In this document: one piece after another, positions 10,194-20,031 of the stretch
How the letters are laid out: every line of letters begins with the position of its first letter
Position numbering within the stretch: position 1 is the stretch's first letter
NCBI GenBank assembly: GCA_963830115.1
Contig: CAWHLB010000027.1
Span: 409,246-473,245 of the forward strand
Reading direction: 5' to 3'
DNA: 64,000 nucleotides
Source: an uncultured delta proteobacterium
Lineage (GTDB): Bacteria > Myxococcota_A > Polyangia > Polyangiales > CAWHLB01
Translations under genes and position numbers: made by a program
The notes under the pieces: model-generated
Databases searched by the model: none
Told to the model about the DNA's origin: nothing
What the model saw: only the letters and a program-made list of their open reading frames with translations

Positions 10194-12492
10194 CCCATGC
10201 CAATCCGGAAAGCCGCTCTCTGTGCCGCCTTGACCGTGTCGTGGTGCGCGGCGGGAGCGGGTCGAGCCCGCGCCCAGGAGCTGCACACGGTGGGCCGCCT
10301 CTTCGTGACCTCGGGTGTGGGCGGGCATCTGGCCGAGCCCGAGTGCGACGGGGCGCACGACCTCCTGCCCACGTCCTTCGCGCACTACGCGCCGTGGCTC
10401 GTCGCCGCCTCGCACGATCGGGACCATCCCCTGGTCGTCGACACGGGCGGCCTGCTCGCCCCCGGGGGCGTCGCGATGTTCGCCGCGCGCGAGGACCCGA
10501 CCGCGCTCGCCGCCCTCGTGCAACAGCTCGGCTATCGTGCCCTCGCGTTCGGCATCGACGACCTGAGCGCACCGCGCGCCCCGATGATCGCCGTGATGGC
10601 AGAGCTGCGCGCGCGGGGCATTCCCATGCTGGCCGACAACCTGTGGTGCGATCCGTCGGCGCATCGCCTGTGCGACGTGCTGGTGGACGGCTCGGACGGC
10701 ACGCCCATGTTCGAGGTCGGCGAGGAGCGGACCGCCCTGCTGGCCGTGGTCGCCGCCGATGCGCTGCACCGGGTCGCGCCGGATCGGGCGAGGGGCCTAC
10801 AGGTGCAGGCCCCGAAGGACTACTTGCCCGGGGCGATGCGGCGGGCGCGGACCCGCGGCGCCACCCTCGTCGTCGTCAGCTTCGATGGAGGCGGCGCACC
10901 GAGCGCCGCGGCGCGCGCCCTCACCCTCGTGGCGGCCCTGCCCCCCGACGCCAAGCCCGACATCCTGCTCATCGCGGACGCCGGCCAGGAGCTGCTCTTC
11001 GCCCGCCCGGTCGGCTTCCGGCCTGCCATGGTGTCGGCGCCTCCCGGCGCGGGGGCCCGGCTCCAAATCCGTCGCAACATGCAGACCCACGGGTTCGACG
11101 TAATGGCGCGGCCGTTGCCCGAGGTCGACGCGCCGCCCGCCGCCGTCCAGGGCTTCATCGAGAACATGGGCCCACGTTACTGCGGCGCGTGGGGGAGCGT
11201 CCTGCCGGGCGGTCGACTGCACGGGCCCATCGACGGGCCGGGGATGCTCGCCCTGAGCGCGGGGGCCATGCGTCATGCAGCCGACGCCGAGATCGCGATC
11301 CTGAACCACGGTGCCCTCGACCCCGCGTGGCATCCAGCGCGCCCGGGCGCCCTCACCGCAAGCGACGTCCACGTCGCCCTGCCCTACGACGACCCGTTGG
11401 TCGTCGCACGGGTGCCGGCGAGCTGGCTGAAGAAGGTGGCCAAGAGCGCTTCGGCCGCGGATCTGCTCGCCCTCGGGCTGACGAGCGACGGCACCACGAT
11501 CAAGGTGAACGGGCGCCCCCTGCTCGACGATGGGCGCTACCGCGTCGTCACCATCCGCTTCCTCGCGTCGGGAGGCGACGGGGCGCTGCCGGCGGGGCCG
11601 CGGTGGGAGCCGGTGCACGACGCCAGCCTGCGCTCCGCCGTCCTCCACTACCTCGGTCGCACGCGGCGCCGTGACCCGCGCGAGGCGTTCTCGGGCCCGG
11701 ACCGCGAGCCCGAGTGGGTCTTCCGCAGCGACGCCAACCTGACCTTCGCTGGCTCGGCCACCGACAACCCAGCGAGCGCGACCGGTGAGGGACAGGCCTA
11801 TACGGCCACCCAGCTCACGAGCGCCGACACCCTGAGCTTCGGCTTCCAGCTGGACCTGCACCTCTCGGCGACGGCGCCCTTCTGGGGATGGGACAACGAG
11901 ATGCTGGCGAGCTACCGCACGACGCGCACCGGGACCAATCCCTACGCCGAAGGAGACGACCAGCTCTTCTACCGGACCACGCTCCGGTGGCGCGGCATCC
12001 GGCAGAGCCTGAACCGACCCTGGGTGCCGGACCCCTACTTCGAGGGCTACCTCGAAAGCGAGATCACGCGGCCCCCCGAGCGCAGCTACCACCACCTGCT
12101 CCTGCGACCGACCGTGGGCTTCGGCTTCCCGCTCACGGGCAAGCTCACGCTCAAACTCGCGGCCGGCGTCGAGCGCGAGCTCCTCGAATCCCACGGACCA
12201 GGTCCGACCCGGGCTCGGCGCGCAGCTCACCCTCGACGAGTGGACGGTGCTCGAGGAGGCGGGCCGCCGGCTCACCCTCGCCTTCTCCTTCGACTACTTC
12301 GCGAGCACCCTGTCGGGCTGGTCCCAGACGCTGCGCTCGAGCGTCACCACGAAGGTCACCCTGGCGGGGCCCCTCACCTTCGGCTTCACCGTGGACCTCT
12401 ACGCGCAGCACGACAGCGGGCGACAGCTCGGTGTGGCAACCGACGCCACCGCCCTCATCGGTGTCGACTGGATGGCGCGGGAGGTGCCGTGA
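10194..12492 (+). pseudogene. Secreted 5'-nucleotidase/metallophosphatase-like protein with a C-terminal beta-rich (possible outer-membrane) domain. One frameshift as assembled.
   Basis: Signal peptide MPIRKAALCAALTVSWCAAGAG. The phosphoesterase motifs are degenerate (GIDDL where GNHEF is expected). A 5'-nucleotidase C-terminal-like part is present (AILNHGAL..LTASDVHVALPYDD). The tail continues in ORF 12247..12492 (LTLAFSFDYF..FGFTVDLYAQHD). The frame break lies at the CCC run 12190-12192. Confidence 0.6.
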
Positions 12493-13361
12493 GCGACGGC
12501 GTGACCGTGCACCTGGTCGACGGGACCTACGAGCTGTTCCGCGCCTATTTCGCCGTGCCGTCCATGCAGGCTCCCGACGGGCGCGAGGTCGGCGCGGCCC
12601 GCGGCATGCTGCGGTCCCTCGCGGCGTGGCTGCGGCAGGGCGCGGTCGACCACGTGGGCTGTGCCTTCAATCACGTGATCGAGTCGTTCCGCAACGGGCT
12701 GTTCGGTGGCTACAAGACCGGTGAGGGTGTCGACCCGGCGCTCCTGTCCCAGTTCTCCCTCGCCGAGCAGGTCACGCGCGCCCTCGGGATCGTGACCTGG
12801 CCCATGGTGCAGCTCGAGGCGGACGACGCCCTCGCCTCGGCCGCCGCCCAGCTCGAGAGGGACCCGCGCGTGGCCCGCGTCGTCATCGTGTCGCCGGACA
12901 AGGACCTGTGTCAGTGCGTGCGCGGCGAGCGCATCGTGACGTGGGACCGTTTTCGCGATCGCGTCTGGGACGAGGCGGGCGTGCGGGAGAGGCTCGGGGT
13001 GGCGCCGGCGTCGGTCCCCGACTACCTCGGCCTGGTCGGGGATTCGGCCGACGGCATTCCCGGGCTCGCCGGGTGGGGCCCCAAGTCGGCGGCGACGGTG
13101 CTCGGGCGCTACGGCCATATCGACGCGATCCCGGACGATGCGGCGGGGTGGGACGTGAAGGTGCGCGGCGCGGCGCGGCTCGGCGAGACCCTGCGCGCCC
13201 ATCGGGAGCAAGCCGCGCTCTACCGCCGGCTCGCCACGCTCGAATCCGACGCGCCCATCGACGCGTCGGTGGAGGCGCTCGCCTGGGGCGGACCCGACCG
13301 TCCCGCGCTCGAGGCCCTGTGCGCCGACATCGGGGAGCGCTCGGTCCTCGACCGCATTTGA
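12489..13361 (+). CDS. Stand-alone 5'-3' exonuclease / flap endonuclease (Pol I N-terminal domain family)
   Basis: GTG at 12489 overlaps the upstream TGA (GTGA). Motifs present: LVDGTYELFRAYF, QLEADD, SPDKDL and GDSADGIPG (H3TH). The position equivalent to the AFD metal-binding Asp reads AFN. Confidence 0.85.
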   Translation: MSDGVTVHLVDGTYELFRAYFAVPSMQAPDGREVGAARGMLRSLAAWLRQGAVDHVGCAFNHVIESFRNGLFGGYKTGEGVDPALLSQFSLAEQVTRALGIVTWPMVQLEADDALASAAAQLERDPRVARVVIVSPDKDLCQCVRGERIVTWDRFRDRVWDEAGVRERLGVAPASVPDYLGLVGDSADGIPGLAGWGPKSAATVLGRYGHIDAIPDDAAGWDVKVRGAARLGETLRAHREQAALYRRLATLESDAPIDASVEALAWGGPDRPALEALCADIGERSVLDRI

Positions 13362-13453
13362 CCGCGGACGGGCGCGGCTGCGGGCGACGGGCGTCGGCGT
13401 GATCCACGGGAGGGCTCGACGCTCGGCGTCTTCCGCGCGACAACTGCCGGGCC

Positions 13454-14242
13454 ATGGCCAATCGTCGCAAGAGCCCGCGCCGCCCGCCGCGTCCCCGGGC
13501 GGTGAGCAAGCCGCCGCTCGTCCCTCAGGTCACGACCCTGTGGGACTACCCGTCGCAGCACTACGGCGACACGGCCCAGGGGAGCCAGGCCTATCGCGGT
13601 GCGACGCCATCGCATGTCGTGTGGAACGTGGTGCACCGCTTCTCGCGCGAAGGGGAGCTGGTGCTCGACCCCTTTTGCGGGAGCGGCACGACCCTCGACG
13701 TGTGCGCCGATCTCGGACGGCGCGCGGTAGGGTTCGACGTGGCGCCGTTCCGCGCCGACATCCGGCAGGCCGACGCGCGGAGCCTCCCGCTCAAGCAGCG
13801 GTCGGTGGACCTGATCTTCATGGACCCGCCCTACGCCGACAACCTGAGCTATTCGGACGACCCGCGATGCATCGGCAAGCTCAAGGCGGACGGGCGATGG
13901 CAGCGGGCGATGCGCCTGTCGCTCGGCGAGTGCGCCCGCGTGCTCCGGGACGAGCGGGTGCTCGCGATCTACGTGTGCGATGTGTTCCAGAAGGATCGCG
14001 GCTTCTTCCCGCTCGGCTTCGATCTGTTCGAGATGGCGCGCGAGGACTTCGTGCCCATCGACGTCGTGGCGGTCGTGCGCCACAACCGAACGCTCGACAT
14101 GGGCAACTACCGCAAGGCCGCCGACGAGCAGGGGTTCTTCCTGCGCGGGTTCAACTACCTCTTGCTCTTCCGCAAGAAGCCCGGCGCGGAACGGCCGACC
14201 TCTGCGCGGGCGTCCGACGTCAGCCGACGTAGACGCACTTGA
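13454..14242 (+). CDS. SAM-dependent N6-adenine/N4-cytosine-type DNA methyltransferase, orphan, with motif order I then IV
   Basis: VLDPFCGSGTT (motif I) comes about 50 aa before IFMDPPY (motif IV). The segment preceding motif I resembles the C-terminal half of beta-class N4/N6 methylases. No nuclease gene is adjacent. Confidence 0.75.
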   Translation: MANRRKSPRRPPRPRAVSKPPLVPQVTTLWDYPSQHYGDTAQGSQAYRGATPSHVVWNVVHRFSREGELVLDPFCGSGTTLDVCADLGRRAVGFDVAPFRADIRQADARSLPLKQRSVDLIFMDPPYADNLSYSDDPRCIGKLKADGRWQRAMRLSLGECARVLRDERVLAIYVCDVFQKDRGFFPLGFDLFEMAREDFVPIDVVAVVRHNRTLDMGNYRKAADEQGFFLRGFNYLLLFRKKPGAERPTSARASDVSRRRRT

Positions 14243-15581
14243 TGTTCACGAACTCGTGGATGCCGACCTCGGAGAGCTCGCGCCCGTAGCCGCTCTCCTT
14301 CACGCCGCCGAAGGGAAGGCGGGGATCGGAGCGCACGAAGGCGTTGACGAAGCACGCCCCGGCCTCGAGCCTTCGTGTCGCGATGCGCTCGCCCTTGACC
14401 TGGTCCCGGGTGAAGACCGCGGCTCCGAGGCCGAAGCGTGAGTCGTTCGCGATCCGTACGGCGTCGTCCTCGCTCTTGGCGGGGATGATGGCGGCGACCG
14501 GCCCGAAGAGCTCTTCTTCGTAGGCGGGCATGGCCGGTCCGACGTCGGTGAGGACGGTCGGCGGGTAGAAGGCGCCCGGTCCGGCCGGCACCTCGCCCCC
14601 GAGGCGCAGGCGTGCTCCGCGCTCCACGCTCCGCCGCGTCTGGGCGTGCAGCTCGTCGCGCAGGTCGACGCGCGCCATGGGCCCAACGTCCGTGGCCTCG
14701 TCCATCGGGTCGCCGACCCGGGCCTTCTTCATGCGCTCGATGAAGAGCTCCTCGAAGCGCTTGCGCACGGGCTCGACGACGATGAAGCGCTTGGCCGCGA
14801 TGCAGCTCTGGCCGCCGTTGATCAGGCGGCTCGTCACGCAGATCTCGACCGCGGCCTCGAGGTCGGCGTCGGCCAGCACGACGTAGGGATCGCTGCCGCC
14901 GAGCTCGAGCACGGTCTTCTTGAGCATGCTCCCCGCCTTCTTGGCGACCGCGCGCCCGGCAGGCGTGCTGCCGGTGAGGGTCACGGCCACGACGCGCGGG
15001 TCCTCGATGATGCGGTCGACGCGCTTGCTGTCGACGAGCAGCGTCGAGAAGAGGCCCTTCGGGAAGCCGGCGTCGGCGAAGATCGACTGGATGGCGAGGG
15101 CGCATCCCGGCACGTTCGAGGCGTGCTTGAGGACGGCGGCGTTGCCCGCCATCAGCCCGGGCGCGGCGAAGCGGAAGACCTGCCACAGGGGGAAATTCCA
15201 CGGCATCACCGCGAGCACGACGCCGAGCGGCAGGTAGGCGACGAAGCTCTTGCGCGCGTCGGTGTCGATGGGACGGGGCGCGAGGAAACGTTCGGCGTGC
15301 TCCGCGTAGTAGTCGCAGACCCAGGCGCACTTGTCCGCTTCGCTGACGCCCTGCCGGACGGGCTTGCCCATCTCGCGCGCCATCAACGCGGCGAGCGCGC
15401 CCTTGCGCTCTCGGAGCAGCTCGGCGGCCCGGCGCATGCGCTCGGCCCGGGCGCCGAAGCCCGCATCCCGAAAGGCGAGGAACGCCTCGTGGGCTCCCCC
15501 GATACGCGCGTCCACCTCCGCGTCGTCGATCTCGCCGTAGTCGTGGATCGTCTCGCCCGTGGCGGGATTGATCGCCTTCAT
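14220..15581 (-). CDS. NAD(P)-dependent aldehyde dehydrogenase (succinate-semialdehyde dehydrogenase-like)
   Basis: ATG at 15581 after GGGAGGG. Motifs present: MPWNFPLWQV, LELGGSDP and catalytic GGQSCIAAKRF. 453 aa. Confidence 0.9.
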   Translation of the reverse strand: MKAINPATGETIHDYGEIDDAEVDARIGGAHEAFLAFRDAGFGARAERMRRAAELLRERKGALAALMAREMGKPVRQGVSEADKCAWVCDYYAEHAERFLAPRPIDTDARKSFVAYLPLGVVLAVMPWNFPLWQVFRFAAPGLMAGNAAVLKHASNVPGCALAIQSIFADAGFPKGLFSTLLVDSKRVDRIIEDPRVVAVTLTGSTPAGRAVAKKAGSMLKKTVLELGGSDPYVVLADADLEAAVEICVTSRLINGGQSCIAAKRFIVVEPVRKRFEELFIERMKKARVGDPMDEATDVGPMARVDLRDELHAQTRRSVERGARLRLGGEVPAGPGAFYPPTVLTDVGPAMPAYEEELFGPVAAIIPAKSEDDAVRIANDSRFGLGAAVFTRDQVKGERIATRRLEAGACFVNAFVRSDPRLPFGGVKESGYGRELSEVGIHEFVNIKCVYVG

Positions 15582-15604
15582 CCCATTCCCTCCCGCTTGC
15601 TCGC

Positions 15605-16288
15605 TCAGTTCACGAAGAGCACGCGCCCGCGCAGCCTCGAGATGGGCAGCGGCCCGAAGAATCGGCTGTCGTTCGAGCGGTCTCGGTGATCGCCCATCAC
15701 GAAGATATCGCCCGGCGGGACGCGCACGGGCAGCTCGTCGAAGCGCGGGGCGTCCGACGCGGTGCTGGTCACCCAGGAGCGTTGCCCGGTGCTCTCCCGG
15801 AATCGTTCGCAGTCGGATTTGTAATGTCGGAAGCGCTCCGGATCGCACCGGGCGGGCCCGAACCGCTTCAGGGGCACGCCGTTCCTGTAGACGATGTCGT
15901 CCCGGACCGCGATCATGTCGCCCGGTCGGCCGACCACGCGCTTGACCAGGACGATGTTGTCGACCGTGCTCTCCACGATGACCACGTCCCCCACCTTCGG
16001 GGTGGCCCAGCTGAAGAGGGCGTCGCTCATCCCCGGCAGCGTCAGGCCGTAGGCGCACCGCTCCACCAGGAGACGCTGCCCGTCCACCAGGGTGGGCTCC
16101 ATCGAGGGGCCCTCGACCTCGTAGGCCTGGGCGATGCCCACGCGCACGACGATCGCGATGGCGACCGACAGGAGGATCGTCCGGAGGGCTTCGCCCAGAC
16201 GGACGCTTCGGGGGCGTCCAGCGAATGCTGCGCGCCCCTCCGTGGGCGGCGACGGAGGGACATGTTCGGGCGTCGACGACTCACTCAT
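15605..16288 (-). CDS. lepB: Signal peptidase I
   Basis: Motifs present: GPSMEPTL (catalytic Ser), VKRVVGRPGD (Lys box) and GDHRDRSNDSRFFG. Confidence 0.9.
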   Translation of the reverse strand: MSESSTPEHVPPSPPTEGRAAFAGRPRSVRLGEALRTILLSVAIAIVVRVGIAQAYEVEGPSMEPTLVDGQRLLVERCAYGLTLPGMSDALFSWATPKVGDVVIVESTVDNIVLVKRVVGRPGDMIAVRDDIVYRNGVPLKRFGPARCDPERFRHYKSDCERFRESTGQRSWVTSTASDAPRFDELPVRVPPGDIFVMGDHRDRSNDSRFFGPLPISRLRGRVLFVN

Positions 16289-16425
16289 GCTGCCAAAGTT
16301 AACACCGAACGGCCCGGCGTGTTCCGAGGCCGGCTCGGGGCCGGCGGCGTGGCCCTCTCCCTCGGAGAGGCCACCACTGGCCCCGGCAAGGTCGTCGGTG
16401 ACAGTGAGCTCGGGGCTCGGGGCCG

Positions 16426-16758
16426 TTACCGGATCGTGCGGTCGTGGTCGTGTCCGTGACCGTTTCCGTGGTCGTGTCCGTGACCCTGGTCGTGACCCCG
16501 TCCCTGGTCGTGACCCCGTCCCTGGTCGTGACCCCGTCCCTGGTCGTGACCGTGACCCTGATCGTGACCGTGACCCTGATCGTGACCGCGTCCGTGATCC
16601 TCGTCATGGTGCCGGTGCTCCGCGTCGCGGACATGGACCGTCCGTCTGCCGGCGCGCCTGGTGGGCAGGAGACAGCCGCTTGCGCTCGTGAGGAGCAGCG
16701 CCGTGGCGAGCGCCGCTCGGAGCCACGGCAGAAGTCGAAGAATCGGTCGTGCATTCAT
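16426..16758 (-). CDS. Histidine/aspartate-rich repeat lipoprotein, a putative metal-binding protein
   Basis: Signal peptide with lipobox LTSASGC, followed by about ten hexapeptide repeats H-D-Q-G-[HR]-G. Confidence 0.7.
   Translation of the reverse strand: MNARPILRLLPWLRAALATALLLTSASGCLLPTRRAGRRTVHVRDAEHRHHDEDHGRGHDQGHGHDQGHGHDQGRGHDQGRGHDQGRGHDQGHGHDHGNGHGHDHDRTIR
16441..16600. repeat. 18-bp tandem repeats encoding the HDQG[HR]G hexapeptide array
   Basis: ctggtcgtgaccccgtcc occurs about 3 times, then ctgatcgtgaccgtgacc 2 times, with degenerate flanking copies. Confidence 0.8.
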
Positions 16759-16877
16759 GGCGGCATGGAAGCAGACACGGCAGTGACCGTCCAGTCGTCG
16801 ATCGCGCTGCCACGGCGCGACGGCGGGACGGCACGTTGACAGGGACGGGCCGGCTTCTATACTCCGCCGCCGTTTCC

Positions 16878-16951
16878 GGCGATGTAGCTCAGTTGGTTAG
16901 AGCGGGCGTTTCATACGCGCTAGGTCCGTGGTTCGAATCCACGCATCGCCA
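16878..16951 (+). tRNA. tRNA-Met (anticodon CAT), elongator type
   Basis: Cloverleaf folded by hand. The acceptor stem is ggcgatg/catcgcc. The D arm is gctc-agttggtta-gagc. The anticodon loop is ttCATac at 16910-16916. The T arm is cgtgg-ttcgaat-ccacg. Position 1-72 is a G-C pair, so this is not an initiator. The 3' CCA is not fully encoded (CCC). Confidence 0.9.
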
Positions 16952-17073
16952 CCCTCCCGGCGGCCGCCCCTGCGCGCACCGCGACACGGTCCGCCGCCCA
17001 CGCCGCGCACCGCCGCCGCGCACCGCCACCGCTTGGGGCTCCTCTTCCGCCCCGGATCCGGTAGATTCCCTCG

Positions 17074-18837
17074 GTGCTCGTCCTCGTCGCCGCCGCGACC
17101 CCGATCCTCGGAGAGGCCCTGGCCCGTCCTCTCCGGGCCGCGGGCCACGAGGTGGCGCTCGTCCACGACCGGGCCGCCCTCGCCGAGGGCCTCGCTGCCG
17201 AGCCGGGCCCCGAGGCCGCCTTCGTGGCGCGCGGCCTGCCCGGTGGTGATCCACTCGCGGGGGGCTTCGCCGACGCGCACATCCCGATCGTGCTCGTGTC
17301 GCCCGACGCCCTCGACCGGGAGGCCGCCCGGGCCGCCCGCCTCGCCGGATTCCTCGGCGTGCCCTTCGAGCCGCGCCAGGTGCTCGAGGCCCTCGGCGTC
17401 TCGACCCGCGACCAACGCCTCGTCCTGCTCGCAGACGACAGCGACCTGGTCCACCGACACACCACGCCGTTCCTCGAGGAGGCGGGCTATGAGGTCGTCC
17501 ATGCCCACGACGGCGAGCAGGCCCTGGTCCTCATCGGGGAGCGGCGGCCCGACCTCGTGATCACCGACGTGGAGATGCCGGGCCGCGACGGCTATCAGGT
17601 CTGCCACGCCGTCAAGCAGAGCCCCGAGACGTCGCACCTGCCCGTCATCATCTGCTCGTCCCTCGGCGAGACGGCGGATCTCGAGCGCGGCTTCGACGCG
17701 GGCGCCGACGACTACCTCGTCAAGCCCGTCGTCCCCGAGGACCTCCTGACCCGCGTGCGCGACCTGCTCGCCGAGGCGACCCTCGCGGGCCGTGAGCGCA
17801 TCCTGGTCGTCGACGACTCGCCTGCCGTCCGGCACCTCGTGGGCGACTCCCTCGCGCGCCAGGGCTTCGAGGTGACGACAGCCACCGACGGCCTCGACGG
17901 GCTCGAGAAGGCGGCCGTGGCCGACCCGCCCTTCGAGCTGCTCGTCACGGACTACGACATGCCGCGCATGACGGGCTTCGAGCTGGTGCACGCCCTGCGT
18001 CACGAGGCGGGCATCAAGGACCTGCCGATCCTCATGCTCACCGCGCGCGACACGCGCCGCGACCGCGCCCAGATGCGGGCCGCGGGCCTGACGGCCTATC
18101 TGGTCAAGCCCTTCAGCGTCGACAAGCTCGTGGCGTTGGTCGAGCGCATGCTCGCCGAGCGACGTTTGCGCGCTTACAAAGATGCCTCGCGTCTCTACAT
18201 CAGCGACGCGGCGGTGCGCGCCGCCGAGGCCCAGGCCGTGAGCGGCCAGCTCTTCGCCCAGCGGGCCACCGAGGTCGAGATGACCGTGCTCTTCAGCGAC
18301 ATCAGCGGCTTCACGCGCATGTCGAGCCGCCTGCCGCCGGGCCGCGTCGTCGAGCTGCTCAACGGCTACTTCGACGCCCTGTGTCCCGTCATCAAGGCGC
18401 GCGGCGGCGACATCGACAAGTTCATCGGCGACGCGATCATGGCGATCTTCGAGGACCGGCCCGAGCACGACGAGCCCCACGCCCTCCGGGCCGCGCGCGC
18501 CGCCTGGGAGATGCAGCGCGCCCTCGAGGTCTGGAACGCCACGGTCGCGCGCGACGAGCCCTTGCGCATGCGCATCGGCCTCAACACGGGCATCGCCGTC
18601 CGGGGCGACATCGGCAGCCGTTTCGTGCGCCGCGACTACACGGCCATCGGCGACACGGTCAACCGCGCCCAGCGCCACGAGTCCAAGGCGCCCGTCGGCG
18701 GCGTGCTCATGAGCGCGGACACCTACGCGCAGGTTCGGGAGAGGGTGCGGGCCGAGCCGATGGAGGCCATCGCGCTCAAGGGGATCGACACGCCCGTCAC
18801 CGCCTACGTGCTGACCGGCTTCGTGGAGGAGCCCTGA
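17074..18837 (+). CDS. Response regulator with one degenerate and two canonical receiver domains fused to a class III adenylate/guanylate cyclase domain
   Basis: REC motifs DLVITDVEMPGRDG..LVKP and LLVTDYDMPRMTG..LVKP. Cyclase motifs VLFSDISGFT, KFIGDAIMAIF and GLNTG..DYTAIGDTVN. GTG start at 17074. Confidence 0.85.
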   Translation: MLVLVAAATPILGEALARPLRAAGHEVALVHDRAALAEGLAAEPGPEAAFVARGLPGGDPLAGGFADAHIPIVLVSPDALDREAARAARLAGFLGVPFEPRQVLEALGVSTRDQRLVLLADDSDLVHRHTTPFLEEAGYEVVHAHDGEQALVLIGERRPDLVITDVEMPGRDGYQVCHAVKQSPETSHLPVIICSSLGETADLERGFDAGADDYLVKPVVPEDLLTRVRDLLAEATLAGRERILVVDDSPAVRHLVGDSLARQGFEVTTATDGLDGLEKAAVADPPFELLVTDYDMPRMTGFELVHALRHEAGIKDLPILMLTARDTRRDRAQMRAAGLTAYLVKPFSVDKLVALVERMLAERRLRAYKDASRLYISDAAVRAAEAQAVSGQLFAQRATEVEMTVLFSDISGFTRMSSRLPPGRVVELLNGYFDALCPVIKARGGDIDKFIGDAIMAIFEDRPEHDEPHALRAARAAWEMQRALEVWNATVARDEPLRMRIGLNTGIAVRGDIGSRFVRRDYTAIGDTVNRAQRHESKAPVGGVLMSADTYAQVRERVRAEPMEAIALKGIDTPVTAYVLTGFVEEP

Positions 18838-19958
18838 TGGCGGACCGCATCCGGGTGCTGGTCGTGGACGACAGCGCATTCATGCGCACGGCGGTGACGC
18901 GGACCCTCGGTACCGATCCGCGCATCGAGGTGGTCGGTCAGGCGCGCGACGGAGCCCACGCGGTCGAGCAGGCGCGCGCCCTCGCGCCCGACGTCATCAC
19001 GATGGACTACAACATGCCGCGGATGAACGGCGCCGAGGCCATCCGCGCCATCCTGCTCGAGCGGCCGGTGCCGGTGGTGATGCTCTCGGCCCACACGCTC
19101 GAGGGCGCGGTCGAGACCATCGACGCCCTGTCGGCGGGTGCCGTGGACTTCATGCCGAAGCCCGCCGGCGAGGTCTCCGTCAATCTGAGCGGGGTCCGCG
19201 ACACGCTGGTCCAGAAGATCGTCGCGGCCGTGGGCACCCGGCCCCAGCCGCCCGGTCGACCGGAGCCGCCCGTCTCGGCGACCACGAATCCGGGCATTGC
19301 CCCTCCCGGTCTCTCCGGACCCGGTGGCGCGCCTCGCGCCGAACGGACGAGCCGCGAACGGATCTCCTTCGCGTCCTTCGCCCTCGATCCGGTGGTCGTC
19401 ATCGCCATCTCCACCGGCGGACCGGCCGCGCTCGAGCATGTGCTGCCGCGCCTACCGGAGGCCCTCGGGGCCGCGGTCCTGGTCGTGCAGCACATGCCCG
19501 CCCATTTCACCCGAGCCCTCGCCGAACGCTTCGACCGGCTGTGTGCTCTCGGGGTCGCCGAAGTTGCCGAGGGGGAGCGCCTCCTTGCCGGCAGCATACG
19601 CATCGCGCCCGGCGATCGGCACGTCGTCATCGAGCGCAACGGGGCGCTCAAGCTGCTCGACACGCCCCCCGTCAATGGTTGCCGTCCGAGCGCCGACGTC
19701 ACGATCCAGTCCGCGGCGTCGGTCTACGGCCCGCGCCTCACCGCGGTGGTGATGACCGGCATGGGGCGGGACGGTGCCCTGGGGGCCGCGGCCGCCCGCG
19801 CCGCGGGGGGGCGCGTTTTTGCGCAGGACAAGGCGACATCGGTCGTCTGGGGCATGCCGAAGGCGGTCGTCGAGATGGGCCTGGCCGAGCAGGTGTTGCC
19901 CCTCGACGGCATCGCGGCTGCGATCGCGAAGGCCGCCCGCGCCGCGCGCCGGGCCTGA
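18837..19958 (+). CDS. cheB: Protein-glutamate methylesterase/deamidase CheB (REC + CheB_methylest)
   Basis: ATG overlaps the cyclase stop (TGATG). REC motif VLVVDDSAFMR..ITMDYNMPRMNG. Catalytic residue contexts are intact (ISTGGP, VVQHMP, GMGRDG). Confidence 0.9.
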   Translation: MADRIRVLVVDDSAFMRTAVTRTLGTDPRIEVVGQARDGAHAVEQARALAPDVITMDYNMPRMNGAEAIRAILLERPVPVVMLSAHTLEGAVETIDALSAGAVDFMPKPAGEVSVNLSGVRDTLVQKIVAAVGTRPQPPGRPEPPVSATTNPGIAPPGLSGPGGAPRAERTSRERISFASFALDPVVVIAISTGGPAALEHVLPRLPEALGAAVLVVQHMPAHFTRALAERFDRLCALGVAEVAEGERLLAGSIRIAPGDRHVVIERNGALKLLDTPPVNGCRPSADVTIQSAASVYGPRLTAVVMTGMGRDGALGAAAARAAGGRVFAQDKATSVVWGMPKAVVEMGLAEQVLPLDGIAAAIAKAARAARRA

Positions 19959-20031
19959 AGTGGGGGGCCTCGCAACCAAGGAGGGCGTTCGGGTGGACGC
20001 GGCCTCGGCGCGGATCAAAGATGGCGGCCCC

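Noticed and set aside
10173-13361. Single 1062-aa ORF fusing the nucleotidase-like protein and the 5'-3' exonuclease
   Set aside because: This is an artefact of a frameshift at 12190-12192. The true tail of the first gene is in ORF 12247..12492, and its TGA overlaps the GTG start of the exonuclease.
16441-16600. Short regularly spaced direct repeats that might be taken for a CRISPR array (also at 26580-26830 and 48497-48523)
   Set aside because: The repeats are contiguous, with no spacers, have periods of 18, 45 and 9 bp, and are in frame inside coding sequences. No cas genes are present.
16952-17073. tRNA-Met as an integration site for a genomic island
   Set aside because: I could not find a direct repeat of the tRNA 3' end, and there is no integrase nearby. 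The downstream genes have the same composition as the rest of the window.
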